Below, piece after piece: positions 1 through 12,533 of a stretch of 64,000 bases of DNA. The stretch covers positions 434,001 to 498,000 of the forward strand of contig AP026144.1 of NCBI GenBank assembly GCA_030295235.1, read 5' to 3'. Within the stretch, counting starts at the first letter, position 1. Every line of letters begins with the position of its first letter. Origin of the DNA: Fistulifera solaris. Taxonomy: Eukaryota. The notes under the pieces were generated by a model. That model saw only the letters and a program-made list of their open reading frames with translations. It searched no databases and was not told the DNA's origin. The position numbers and the translations under genes were made by a program.

Positions 1-420
1 TTGTCAGCAAGGTTACCGCTGGACCTCGGAAAATAATCCAGGTACCCGCTTTTTTTATCCATACCACAATAAACTCATAATCACGTCTTAATCAATCTCA
101 TATCCCCTCTACTCTAATAATAGAAACGCCTTTATCAATTTCTCCGTATCAGTTTTTGAGTCGGAAGACTGAATGCAAATGGTTTGAGACTTCGAGACAG
201 AGGGCCTCTCTGCTAGAATCTCCAGAGCTAGGTCCTTCACTTTTGTTCCGAAACAATTCAGAAAGCTCCAGGGAACTCCGACCGGTATTCAAGAATGCTT
301 AATTGATTATATCTCATCGGCATTCCCTGCATTATACAGTAACCTTAGTCGAATTTTTTCTAAACCTTGCGTGGCTTATATCACGAGCTTTGAACCAAAA
401 AGTTTGAAATGCAGCGATAC

Positions 421-456
421 TGGTACGGTACCGGTACCGGTACCGGTACCTGGTAC
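421..456. repeat. (GGTACC)n palindromic hexamer tract upstream of the first gene
   Basis: tggtacggtaccggtaccggtaccggtacctggtac, about 90 bp before ATG 549. Confidence 0.85.
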
Positions 457-548
457 TTTTCGAAAAGCAATGCCAGTCGTGATAATTGGCAAATAGATAC
501 TCCGTATTACATTCAAAACGGTAGCTGTATAAAAAGATCCTGCAAAAC

Positions 549-1244
549 ATGAGTGGTTTCCTTGCGAAAGCGAAGAATACAGCGATTATCGCCAAGATCA
601 AGGGTGAAATCGCTCTCCTAGATCGTGAAGATAAGCAGCAGCGGCAAGCGTTTGGCGTGGAACTGTACGATCTCCTTGATTCGATGTATTCGAAAAGTGG
701 TTGGGATAAAATGCCTCATTTCCTTGGCAAAGAGTCTCAGCAGATCAAACAAATTTTCGATGTTTGTCAGCTGGACATTCGACAACTTCTCGACAGCAAA
801 GACGCTAAGGAACGAGAGGTGGAGCACTTGCAGATCGACCGCGAACGTGCGCTTCCACCTACAACGAACAAAGAAAAGCTTGCTCAGGCAGGAAAATGGA
901 TGTCATCTCAAGGCAATGAAGCAAAATTGAAGGCTGAGTCTGCTTTACTTGACCACAAGATGAAAGCCAGGAAAGGTACTTTTGGCATTGATGTGTTTTC
1001 CTTGGTAACAGGGGATGCATCTGCTGAGTCGATTCTTGGAGAGGATTCTAGCGAATCATCGTCGAAAGGCGGTATATTAAGCGGTGTCAAAAGCGGAATT
1101 TCGAATCAAATCTCGAAATTGTCCGGAGATGAGAAGAAGATTCAGGACATCATCAAGAAGGCCAAGGCAGATGATGCTCTGATTCAACAGCGAAAAGAAC
1201 GTAAAAGACGCGAGATTGCTCGATTGCAGCAAGAAATCAGCTGA
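549..1244 (+). CDS. Hypothetical coiled-coil protein (231 aa) with an internal two-fold repeat
   Basis: Intact ATG-TGA ORF; charged helical composition; the segment AKIKGEIALLDREDKQQRQAFGVELYDLL is echoed by AKLKAESALLDHKMKARKGTFGIDVFSLV. Confidence 0.8.
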   Translation: MSGFLAKAKNTAIIAKIKGEIALLDREDKQQRQAFGVELYDLLDSMYSKSGWDKMPHFLGKESQQIKQIFDVCQLDIRQLLDSKDAKEREVEHLQIDRERALPPTTNKEKLAQAGKWMSSQGNEAKLKAESALLDHKMKARKGTFGIDVFSLVTGDASAESILGEDSSESSSKGGILSGVKSGISNQISKLSGDEKKIQDIIKKAKADDALIQQRKERKRREIARLQQEIS

Positions 1245-1928
1245 TAGACGTGCGCAACCTATCAAGACAAAACATTAGTCGGTGTTCGAGGTCCACCAAC
1301 TATCGGGTCGGCGGGACCCGATAGAAAAGGCGGACAGTCATTAGGAATTCACCACATATCCTGTAGCCTCTAACTGTCAGTTTATTGTTTCGTCTCCTTT
1401 CTTCATAACTGGTCAAGCCTTAAGTACTTGGTCGTATTTGGCTCTTGTGATTGTGACCGTCTATTGAGTAATTTCGTCGTCGGCAATGAGTGTTGTCGCC
1501 ACTTTAATTGTCGCCGATGAGCCATCTAGACACTAACGGACGAGAAAATTCTTTTGTCGTATCTCTCTTGTCGCATTAACAAGTTTTCTTAAAAGCTTCA
1601 CAATTACTTGTCCTGTTCGAATGAGTGGAAAGGAACTAATTTGACGTCGGTCTATGCTCTTCGTTTAGGTCGAGACTGGAATCCGAGCATGGCTCAGTAC
1701 CAGTACGACTTCACCTTGGTTCCTATTAGGTCTTGCAGCGTGCGCGGATGCGTCCTCGCCATCTTCACGTTCTTTTGATCTCCCGTTTTCCTTCTCCACC
1801 TTCACGCGCTGGCTGTCAATCATTTCATTCAAGTTCCAGACCTTCTCATCATTGCGTGGATCAATCATTCACCTCAATATCTTCACAAGTCACAACAAGT
1901 TGCTAACAAGAGCACCTTGTCGCTCACG

Positions 1929-4900
1929 ATGAACTCCAATGATGCGGAAGACAAGTTGCCGGAAGCAGGGAACTCCGCGTCAAAAATACATGCCGGTATG
2001 AAGCCCCTCACGTGGAGTCAGACGTCCAGGACGGCGCTGTTAGCTGGGATACAGGCTCATAATCAACGAGGCGCTGTCGAAGAGGCTTTTAAGCGTGAAG
2101 AAGCAGTTCGAAGGATAGAACGAGCCTGGTGCCGGTATCGCCATGGTCAGAAACCTGCTTCGGAGAACTCGCGGAAGCGTGAAATTTCGCGCGAGATATC
2201 ATCACTCCCACAGTCGTCTGCGTCCAATGACAAAGAACACTGGCTTTGGAAATCTTTACGCTCGTATTCAAAGTCGGAGCGTGAGACTGCCGCCAGCCTT
2301 CTCCTTGACACCATAGAAGGGCCTGATCTTGACTACGAGCATCAACGAAGAATTCCACCACTGGTCCGTTTGTTTCAGCGCCATGTGGTTCTGCACAATG
2401 ATTTACCAGCAGAGGTTGCTCTAGAGTGGATGGCAATTTTACAAACCATGATTTCAAGGGATCCGCGGTGTTTTCTTTCCTATTGGGATTGGGTGACGGA
2501 CGCTATATGGCGTTGCGCTCACCGTCGTGATCTAACAGCGTTGTGCTCCCTGACCAGCCTAGTGTTCCAATTGTCGATCCAGACACCGTCAAACTCTGAG
2601 AGTTCCAAAGACGGATTACTGACATTCAATCATGACATACTTTGGGGAGATAAAAGGCTCAAGAAAATTGTATCAGGTGACGACAGCGATCACCAAAACA
2701 TGGTCGAAACTGTGGTTCACATGAGCCCTCTAGCGCGTTTAATTGGAGCGTATTTCGCTACTCTTGCCGAAGGATCACAGCTTACTTCTACGCCCTCTGC
2801 ACGTAACGAGACGTTGTCGATGCTGAAGCAAATCATTGACCCGACTGTACCCCCAACTATTTTTCTTAATAGTACTGTTTCTACGAATAAACGAGGAATT
2901 GACGAAACTGCGGAAGGCAACACGAATCCATCACCCCGAAAACGAAGACGAACGGTCAGTCTTCTGGAGGGCTACGATAGCGATTTTACAAATTCAGGCG
3001 TTGGGGCTGCAGTGGATCCTTCCAACGAGGCTTTAGCGTGGGCGGACGAATACAATGGGGAAGACGACGAGGATGAAGAAGACGAAGAAAATGTGGACAA
3101 AACTGATGGTCGTTCAGAAACCAATGTTGGAGGAGAGCCAACTGAAAAAAGCCGCAGTCGATCATTTGGGTACGACGAAGATGAACACAACGAAGACGTT
3201 GATGACGAGGAAAGCAAAAGTAAAGAGGAAGAAGCCAACGAGGAACATAGTGAGGACGACGGAGACGAAGATTACTGCCACATGTACCGCAGCGAAAAGT
3301 TGGAGATTGCTGATTCTGATGAAAGTGAAGTCGAAGAAAGCGATGAAGACGATGTAGAAGCAGAGGACGATGATGTTATGGTCGCGGTAGACGCAAATGA
3401 AAGTACCAATCTTCATAGCGGTGCGAAAGCGTCAGGAGGCGATATTCAGATGCCTGAAAACGATCAAGTTGAAAATCGTGTGGTGACCTTACCTCTGCAT
3501 CCTCCAACGGCAGAACGGCAGAAAATGTATGTCGCGGCCTGCATGGAAGTGCTGACAACGCACTATCCACCATCCCAGCAAACTGCTGGTGGTACGTGTC
3601 GTCAGTCGTACCTTCAATGGCAGGGCGAACATGATTTGATCCAATCAATCAACAGTGTTATCAAACCTCAAAAGAAACCTTCGAATTTAAAAGTCATCAT
3701 GCGTCGTGCTCCCACGCAAGAAGAGTTCTTTCGTGGATCACTATCGCAAAATCCTGTTCCAATATCTGCGTTGAAAATTCAGAACACACGTCGTTCCAAT
3801 GATACTGATGTGAGCGAACCAACTGTCGGCGACCTTCGTCAGCATATCGCCGATGATTTACAAATGTCTGATAGCGCTGAACTCATTGAGATTCTTGTCG
3901 CCAATAAGATATTGCATACAAATCTGAAACTTCGCGTAGTTCATCAAGTATTATGGCGACAACATTTGATTGAACAACCATCTTCGGGCTTGATGTCGTT
4001 CTTATCATCAGGTAGCTTTTTTGCCAGGGGTAGCGGCCTTTCCATTTTCTTTTCATCTGATCGTGATCACGATGATGAAGCTCGACCGCCCAACGCTGTT
4101 ACGGAAGATACGCCACTCTCGGAATTGCCATCACTTTTAGCTACATATCGATTAGCCGGTGTAGATGGCGAGGCGACGGAAGATACAGTGGGTGTTGAGG
4201 ACATAATTGACCCTGATGCACCATCGAAAGCGTCATCCCCAGAAGAAAAGGAGCGCCAGTTGGAGGCTGAATTCGGTAACACACGTTTGGTGACCAACGG
4301 AAAGGGCGTTTATGTCCTGCTGCGGTCTATCCAACATTCCGTGTTGGACGCAGTTCGGAAAGTCCATAGGGATGACGTGGATTGCAGCAAGAACAACCCG
4401 TCACGCTTGTCTCTCCGTCAAAGTCGGCCGTGTGAGGGGCTGCAGCTTCTTCGTCATTGTGCCAAACTCCAACAGAATAGAAAGCGTCTTTTACAAGCTC
4501 GCGCTCCCACCATACTGCTCGCTCTCCTTCTCGAGGTACTCAAAGCACTCGAAGGTGACAACAGCAGCACCTTAGATGCATCTGCTAGCTGTCCGACTGC
4601 TGAACTGCTCCAGGAACTCATCGAGTCATTGACCTCTGATATATCGATAACAAATGCTGATACAGGAGACGACTATGAGGTATACCTTGATTTTGACGCA
4701 TCAAGCATGCCTTTATTACTCACATCCATCGAATCGATGTGTCTAAGTGCGCCACTCCGACGAGTTATAGCCAAGCTTCTACCCTTCCTTACATACGGAC
4801 GTTCAGATTTATCACGTGAACTTGCTCAGCAGTTCGATCGTCACATATGTTTGCAAAAGATAGTGAACATAGAAATTTGCAAATCCCCGAAGAGCGAGTT

Positions 4901-7110
4901 TGTTCTGATGAAGACCTTGGTAGATACGCTTATAAACTTACCGGTCAATGAGATATGCAACTCTTTGCGCGACAAACTGATAAGTTGTGGCTTTGTCGAG
5001 CGACTCGCTGCTTTTGTATTGAAAGACATGCCGCAGGATCCGCCGACATGGACCGCGGCGCTTTGGCCAGAACATGGTGTTCCCCAGAGTACCTTTTCTG
5101 AAAACAGCGTCGACCATACGATTCGAGAAGGCTGGCGCGCACTTTTCGGCCGACTTGGGGTCAAAACTGTTTTTAAGATTTTGACGGGACTCTGTCAGCA
5201 CCACGCTCCCATGCAACGCTGCCTAGCAAACTTTCCAAAGTTTTTGCAGTGCTGTCACTGGATTGAAGCTACATCTGACAACCCAGCAGACAATATAGCA
5301 ACTTCAGGATTGGGACTACTCGCTGAGACCTTGCTTGACGAAGTTGGGGAGGGGAACAATGAAGTTTCAGCCATGGTTACTTCGATAAGAAATGAGACGA
5401 AACTCAGAAAGAAAGCAATAGCCCTGGAACGACGCAAGGCAACTATGTTAAAAATGGGTGTTTACATTGGCGGCGTCTCTTCTTGTGACAACAATATGGC
5501 TGTTCAGAAAGCAGGACCGACTGCTGTCAATGTTCTCGGTTCGATTGGCGATGTATACGCGCCACAAGCTTTGTCACAAAGTCCCAGTCGTAGTACACAG
5601 AAAGGGAGACAGTCAAAGAAGAAGGAAGAACAAAATAACAAACCTGGATGGCTTGCAGAAGCGGAATCGATGGCAGATGAAACCGGGCTCAAATGTGTCG
5701 TCTGTCATGAAGGACGAACCCTGCAGCCCAAAGAATTACTTGCTCTGTACACTTTCACCAAAAAAGTGGTGCTGCCGTCGGGTAAGAACATGACTCGATC
5801 AAGCATTGACGGCACTGATGTCTTAAAAGTTCTCCCGGCGAAAATTCCCGTCAATCTCATCGACGACGCTTTTTCAGAAGAATGGCTTAGACGGGCTCTC
5901 GAAGCGAAACTAGCAGTGCAAAGGTTACCAGCCGAACCTTCACAATCGAGGCGCAGTTTAGTGTTTGTGACCACAACATCAGCTGGAAATGCGATACACA
6001 TCTCTTGTCACCAGCGAGCAAAACAGGCAGACCGCACCCACCCGAAGGCACCAAAATCTGAGTGGGAAGGGGCAAGTCTCCGCAACAATAGGGTAAAATG
6101 CAATTGCACTCTGCCCCTCATTCACAATCGCGATTCGGCGGTTCCATTGATTGACGTGACCACTGGTTTATCAGACTATCAGTCTGCGCTGGCCAGTATA
6201 CTTGGGTCCTCGTCATCATGCATGCTCTGGCATATACTTCACGATATTCGTTTCCTGCTTCTGAGAATTGCATATGGGGAATCCTTGAACGCAGATGCTG
6301 GTGGAGGTTCACTGGCATCGAATTGTCAGCTCCTGTTCCGTCAGATGCACCTCGCCGAGACCTTTGCAAAGCAAACCGACGACGAACAAAAGAGAGCCTG
6401 ATTCACGCCCAAGGTGTATCGGCTGGCTGTCTCCTTGCTTGCGGTGTCGTGTTCAAAGAGAACAGCAAAAAGAGAACTCTGAACTGTTAAGAGCCGTTGC
6501 GGATGGTACGCTTATGGGAGCAATCATAAGTATTATCTTTTACAATACAAAAGCTTGCGGAGGGTTGAAAGTAGACATAACATCAGAAAAGCCCCATCCT
6601 AAGCGCGAATGGGTGATTGGCAGAGATCGCTATCTCCGGGGTCTTATCGTGTGCGCCGGTCGTCGCCACGTTCTCAATCTGAATAGTTCTGGTTGTTTGC
6701 CAGGGCGGACACTAAGCGGGAGGAAAAGATCTTCCTCGTTTGCCGAATGGGATAATAACGACAAGGAGGAAGCAGTTTCACCGACAGAAACAGCATCCCC
6801 ACGATCGAAATCGAAGACCAGACGCCGAGCCGGTCGATCCAGTGCCCGTCCCAATATGCCTTCCATTGACGATTTTCAAAATGCGTTTCGCCCCATGATC
6901 ACGCTCTTTGCGATTTTAGATCAACTTTCGGCGGAATTTACGCAAACGATGGATGATAATCAGATCGAGACAAGCTCGCAGCGCATGGTACAAATCATTG
7001 AGGACTCCCAAGCCTCGCGTGGTATTCAGGAGCTGCTACGAAAAGCCAAGGTTCCTCTTGATAACGGACAATTGATTTCTCTTTTACAGCGAGGAATGGT
7101 CCTTGGCTAA
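1929..7110 (+). CDS. UBR4: UBR4/BIG/p600-like E3 ubiquitin ligase, C-terminal region only (~1730 aa after correcting 2 frameshifts)
   Basis: Motifs MRRAPTQEEFFRG, ILVANKI, YRLAGVDGEATED, CVVCHEG...HISCH, SEWEGASLRNNRVKCN and DAGGGS match the UBR4 C-terminal domain. Adding one A at A4 6388-6391 and one at A5 6467-6471 joins the 1917-6401, 6218-6490 and 6295-7110 frames. Confidence 0.85.
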
Positions 7111-7470
7111 GAGCTTGATTCTACAGAGGCACAAGACGTCGTTTGTAAAGAAGAAAGATAGTATGATTTGTTACCTGGTTCGCTCTTTATAATGCTAGCC
7201 TTTTTTTAAATTTTAGAGCAGAACCGGAGCCGAAATCATCATCGTAGGGCTACTGCGGGATGGTTCTGTTCAGTCACGAGCTTCCGTACTGTTCGGCGAT
7301 AATTCTCACCGTGACTGATTTCAGTCATGTTCCCTCCATTTTTGACCTGCTGAAGGTGCATGGAAAAGAATGAAATGAACACCTTGCTGTGAGCCATCCC
7401 ATTCGCACCTTGTACACCTAATCGGTCAACATTCCTTTCTTCGTGGATCTATTTGTTTTACAGATACCGA

Positions 7471-8142
7471 ATGAATATCTATTTTATGCTTTCGACGCTA
7501 CTCGTCGGATGCCACTGTTTCAGCCCGCATCAGACACGATCATGCTTCCGCAAAAATAATGTGAATACGTTATTTGCGACAACATTCCCCACCATCACAG
7601 AACTGTCTTCGGATCCCTTTATGAAACAGATTTCTCACTCGGAAGCCATTGTATCACGAATCATTGAAAATGAAGCCAGCGAGGAATTACCATCCTTGCT
7701 CAAAGCCCAGCTTTCGCACTCGGATGGCATCCGGGGTTTCTTTGCCACTTACTTGACCCACGAACGCTCTTCGAATAATACCATACCAACAGTTCTGCGA
7801 CAAGCCATGGAGTCGAGCGAAAATCACCAAGATTTAGTCAACTTGTCGTTCATGAATCTAATCATGCCGACAGCGATGGTAACGATGCATCAAGATCCGG
7901 AGCTTTCCCAACAATCGCGTATCACGGCCGAGAGGGGTCTTCTCATTCTGCAAACTCTCAGGGAGATGCTGGTGACGCAAGAACTGGTGGAAAAGGAGTA
8001 TGAAGCGATACTGGCTGCTTTGACAGAAGAAGATCACTCAAATTCATCCAAACGAGACTTCTGGATGCAGTTCTTTGAAAAGTGGGGATACGGAGACGAA
8101 CAACGACAAGATATTACAAATGCGCTGCAACGATTAAGATAA
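7471..8142 (+). CDS. Hypothetical protein, probably plastid-targeted
   Basis: Intact ORF; signal peptide ending CHC-F followed by a transit-like segment; conserved-looking core SHSDGIRGFFATYLT. Confidence 0.7.
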   Translation: MNIYFMLSTLLVGCHCFSPHQTRSCFRKNNVNTLFATTFPTITELSSDPFMKQISHSEAIVSRIIENEASEELPSLLKAQLSHSDGIRGFFATYLTHERSSNNTIPTVLRQAMESSENHQDLVNLSFMNLIMPTAMVTMHQDPELSQQSRITAERGLLILQTLREMLVTQELVEKEYEAILAALTEEDHSNSSKRDFWMQFFEKWGYGDEQRQDITNALQRLR

Positions 8143-8181
8143 AACAGCTTAACGCTTCACAAATTAAATCCTAATTGAAAT

Positions 8182-10428
8182 TCATATAGATACAACCAAA
8201 CCTCGGAACATGAGACTGGCATCTTGAATCTCTTTCGCACCTCCCCTGAGTTCCGTTACTGTGGATCCCGTCCCAATTTCCCGCATTCGCGCCTCCATCA
8301 ATTGAAAAAGGCGCTGTCGTTCCTCTTCGGCAAGTGGCTGACCGGTGTGATCGTGGGTTGGGATACCACGATCGTCATATTGAGTATACTTTGGTTGTTT
8401 CGTGGCCTTGCGGTGACGCGTATCGGTGGGATCAAACCCTTCTTCCTCCGCTCCGAACAGCGCCCACTTTGGGGTCGGTGCCGTGTAGTCTTTGACGTGA
8501 AAGGTAAACGATGGATCTGCCTCATGTCGTGCCGCCAGTTCCTGAAATTTGGGATAATTAATCCAAGTATGCCATTGCCGTTTCCCTTCAGAAGAGATTT
8601 CTAAAAACTGGTCGACGCGAGCTAGCAAGACACTACATGAATGCTTGTGTTCACAGGCCAAATCGTATTGTGGTACAGCACAGTCCGTTTCTCGTATCCG
8701 GTTCAATTCCGCTCGAAGAGTTTTGGCTAGGTCCACAACTTCATGATGCCAAGGACTGTTGGACATGTTCAAATTAGAAGCATCAGATTTGCCGCAAAAA
8801 GTAACTCCTTTAATTTCCACGAGGCTGACATGACCCAAAGCAATCAGTTTCGCGTATCCCGAAACTTCATCCGAATTCCAGCCCTTGACGACCGTCAATC
8901 GAGCCACGGTTCGTTGCCCTTTGTTCTTTAACGAAACCAAAGATTGTTTCAGCCTGTCCCAGGCGTCTTGAAACAAGGGCCGATCAATCGCAATCAGCGA
9001 CTCTTTGGTAGGTGCGTCGACACTAACATACAACTGAGTGATTGGTAATAAGCTTTCGATTGCATGAGGGTGTTGTCCATTGGTGACGAGAAACGTGGAA
9101 ATGTCGCGATGGTGCAATTCGGAAAGAAACTCATTGATACGAGGATACATGATAGGTTCTCCTACTAAACTGAGAGCACAATGTCGTACTGTATGTGCTT
9201 CTTGCCAACGATCCATTTGCACACCCGGAATGCCTTTGGTCACTTTGATCATATTCACATGCGTTTGTACTGCCTGCTCAACAATGAATTGAGGATCATC
9301 TGTTTTCCACCGCCATTCTTTTCCTACTGGATTCTTATGATGTCTCCAGCAAAACACGCACTTATTCGCACACGCCAGCGAAGGAGTTGCTTCCATACAT
9401 TGATAACTAGTAATACCGTAAAAAGTGTGCTTGTAACATCCTCCACGACCGCGCAATTGATGTTTCGTCCATCGACAAAGTTTCACTGCACTGTGTGTCC
9501 CGATCAGTTTGTATCCTTCCTTCTTTAATTGTTCGGCCTGACGAGGCGTCACCATTTCGCGGGGCTCACCATTTCCTTCTTGCTTCTTCTCCGACGCCAT
9601 GGCATTTCCCATATCTTCCAAATCCATGACGGTAGGTTCCTCCGCATCTTCTTCATCTTCTTCGTCGGATTCATAGTCTGCGTGCTCGTCCTCCACCTCG
9701 AACGGCTCCTTCGCGTGCTGATGGCAGCCACCGTTCGGCTTCGCTTCTGCTCCACACGCACAATCCTTTGATGATGTATCAGACTCCTCCTTTTTCCCGA
9801 CTTTAAGTTTTCGTTGCAACTCCATATTCCATTGATGAAACGTTTCTTTCGCATGATCCCCGACAGCGTCGTCTCCCACCCGCAATCGCAACAAACATTT
9901 GGCTCCCAATTTTTGAAAGTGGCGAACACATTCCCGGGCCGGTCGACCCATGGTATCATCGTATTCGGACGATCCCATGCCAAAGATAGCGACTTGTAAT
10001 TTATTTTTCAAAAAAGACTCTGAACGCGCCAATCGTGTTGCACATCTTGTAAGGTTCGTTCCAAAGTATCGGCCGCGAACGGTGGCCATGTTCCGTTCGT
10101 ATGTGTCGGAAGCAATAAAATGAGTACCGGCAAGGGAACTTTGTTGTGTTTGACGTCTCCTTCATCGTCTTTGACGTCTCCTTCATCGTCTTCATTCAAC
10201 AATTCATCCCACCAATCCCATTCCTGTACTGATCCTACTTGTACGACACGATTTGTCACTAAAGCCGAGAGTTCCGAATACAATTGTTCCGCTAATTTCT
10301 CGCACGTTCCCGTGATTGAAGCGTGCACGATGGAAATAGTACCAGGAGATAGAATACGTAATAATTTTGATTCTTCTTTCGTCGGCTGTCTTTGAGAACA
10401 CTCGACTTCCTGAATGGGTACATCGGGA

Positions 10429-10482
<54 letters not shown>

Positions 10483-10616
10483 ACTGATTCGAGGGTCCTT
10501 TCGGTCGTCGGCCAAAGATATCGACTAGAATACCAGGCAATGGTGATTCCGCCACCCAAAAGAGCCACTGCTACAGCTACTGATTGATTTCTTGAAGAAG
10601 CCTGCGACATTTTCAT
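8182..10616 (-). CDS. TYW1: tRNA wybutosine-synthesizing protein 1 (flavodoxin + radical SAM)
   Basis: N-terminal TM segment; flavodoxin motifs (SITGTCEKLA, LPTHTNG, IFGMGSSEY); GYKLIGTHSAVKLCRWTK, GCYKHTFYGI, radical SAM CANKCVFC, CALSLVGEP, VEIKGVT. One frameshift at A6 10010-10015. Confidence 0.95.
10429..10482. repeat. (GAT)18 microsatellite encoding poly-Ser in the TYW1 N-terminus
   Basis: Perfect trinucleotide run; a 21-bp tandem duplication encoding DDEGDVK x2 lies nearby at 10149-10190. Confidence 0.95.
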
Positions 10617-11078
10617 TTAGAAACGAAATGCCAACAAAGAGATTCTCTTCATTATTGTCAAGAACAAAGAGATGCATAAAAGTCATCAGTCGCCTCTTAA
10701 CTTTTTTTTTTTGTTGCGAATGGAGGAAAACGCGGACGGGCGGCGGCTAGACAGCAAAACTCTGGGTGCCCTGCGCGGCATGCATGCATGCGGTGCTCCC
10801 TGCAACGACAACATTCCTACGGGCGCCTACGTGAATAACCCATGTTGCTCGGATGAAACTATGTGACTATGTTTACACCGAAACTGTCGTAGTCCAGACT
10901 GTGTACGGACGACGACCGTACCGACTCGACCGACCGACCGACATACAGCACAGGACGAACCCACGTCACATCAAAAACGTCAACAACAAAATAATAATGA
11001 AACCCGCATTCACCGTTCAAACTACAAGTACTTGTAGTTGCTCTGATTCATTTGTATCATCCGTTTGTTTTTATCGCC

Positions 11079-11252
11079 ATGATGATGCGTTCTTGTCATT
11101 GTTGGTTCTACTACTCGGTTCTTATTAGTGGGCTAACGACTGCGTCATGGAGCGCTTTCGTTGTACAAGTACCACAAGCAACTCGTGCGTCCGTGCTCCT
11201 TTGGAGTAAAGTCAAACGTGGCCAATTGGGCAATACCGTAGGTGTCGCCACG

Positions 11253-11283
<31 letters not shown>

Positions 11284-12095
11284 AGAAGAAGAAAGAATCC
11301 AAGAAAAAAAAGTATACAGATAAATCAGCGATTTCACCTGATTTGGCCAAATGGATGATGGAAAATCCGCAGACGGATGATAACGAGAAGACGACATCAT
11401 TGTCGGCTACACCACCGAAAACATCTTCACGGAGAGAGCGACAAAGTATTCGATTGGCCGAACAACAAGTACAAAGAGAAAAAATAGAAGGTTTGGTAGA
11501 GCAATTGGAGCAAATGTTGGACATCAAGTCCGAAAACAACAAAAAGACCGTGTCGGTTCCAGACATACTGGCCCTTGTGCGCGAATTGACACAACAAACG
11601 TCCTCTTCTCCACTAACACAACTCGTTGGCACCACTCAACGACGTGATTATCGACTCGCGTGGGTAGGATCCGATGATTCGGTGACGCACATTGGTACTG
11701 GCCTGCACAAAGTACCACTAGCACGATTGCAAGAAGTCTTTCTCAGTTTTCCGGGACGCAATCGGGTATTGTTGCAAGAAGTAATTCGCATCTTGGGCCC
11801 CTTTCCGAATGTGCGCAATACTTTATCGGGTTCCAGTCGATCCTCGACGCGGGATGGTGTGACGGAATGGAACGTACAGTGGGAGAGTATGGTGGATGGG
11901 ACGGGCAAAGAACTCTTGGCCGGGAAGGAAGAAAACATCAAATCGGTTCCATTGCGAGTGTATTACAGTGATGAAATGGTGATCATTGCGTCTCGGCCGT
12001 GCGATGATCCGTGGCAAGGGAATGGTGAAAATGTGTTACTCTTTTTGCGCGAAGATGACTTGGAGAACAAATTGGAAGCTTTGCGCGTCGCGTAG
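11079..12095 (+). CDS. Hypothetical plastid-targeted protein, possibly PAP/fibrillin-like C-terminal domain
   Basis: Signal peptide with WSA-FVV cleavage motif, poly-Thr/Lys linker and a conserved beta-rich C-terminus (RLQEVFLSF...EVIRILGPFPNVRNTL). The family call is tentative. Confidence 0.7.
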
Positions 12096-12533
12096 TCGTA
12101 CCAGCACTCGTCTTTCAAACCCGTGTTCTCACTCAATGGTGTCATGTGATGGCAAAGGCGCTCAACATTGGCCGTTTTGGTAAAATTAGTTTCGTGAACG
12201 ATGTCATGTGAATACTTGAATCTCTCTAGAGAGTCGCAACTCTTTACACAACGACGCCACTATTTTTACTTGTAAATCAACGAAATAATCGACTCGTATT
12301 TGTCAGTGGCGCTGTTGTTAGTGGTATTGTTGTTGTTGTTGCTGCTGCTGCTTGTCTTCTCATCACCTTAGCCCAAATGCTGTGTGCTTGTGGAGGAGTC
12401 GTCGCTGGAAGTATGACTATAGTGTAAAGTGTAGAAGGGACATTCATATGATGATTTTCAACTACAAAGTACCCTGGTCTGCGGAACACACAGGAACAAA
12501 ACCGCAGAAGGAATAGCGGCGGCAAATACTACG

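Noticed and set aside
205..300. Heat-shock-element-like GAA/TTC words
   Set aside because: Only one perfect two-unit match (TTCAAGAA); too weak to call.
10204..10555. Poly-His and poly-Ile ORFs
   Set aside because: These are alternative frames of the (GAT)n microsatellite inside TYW1.
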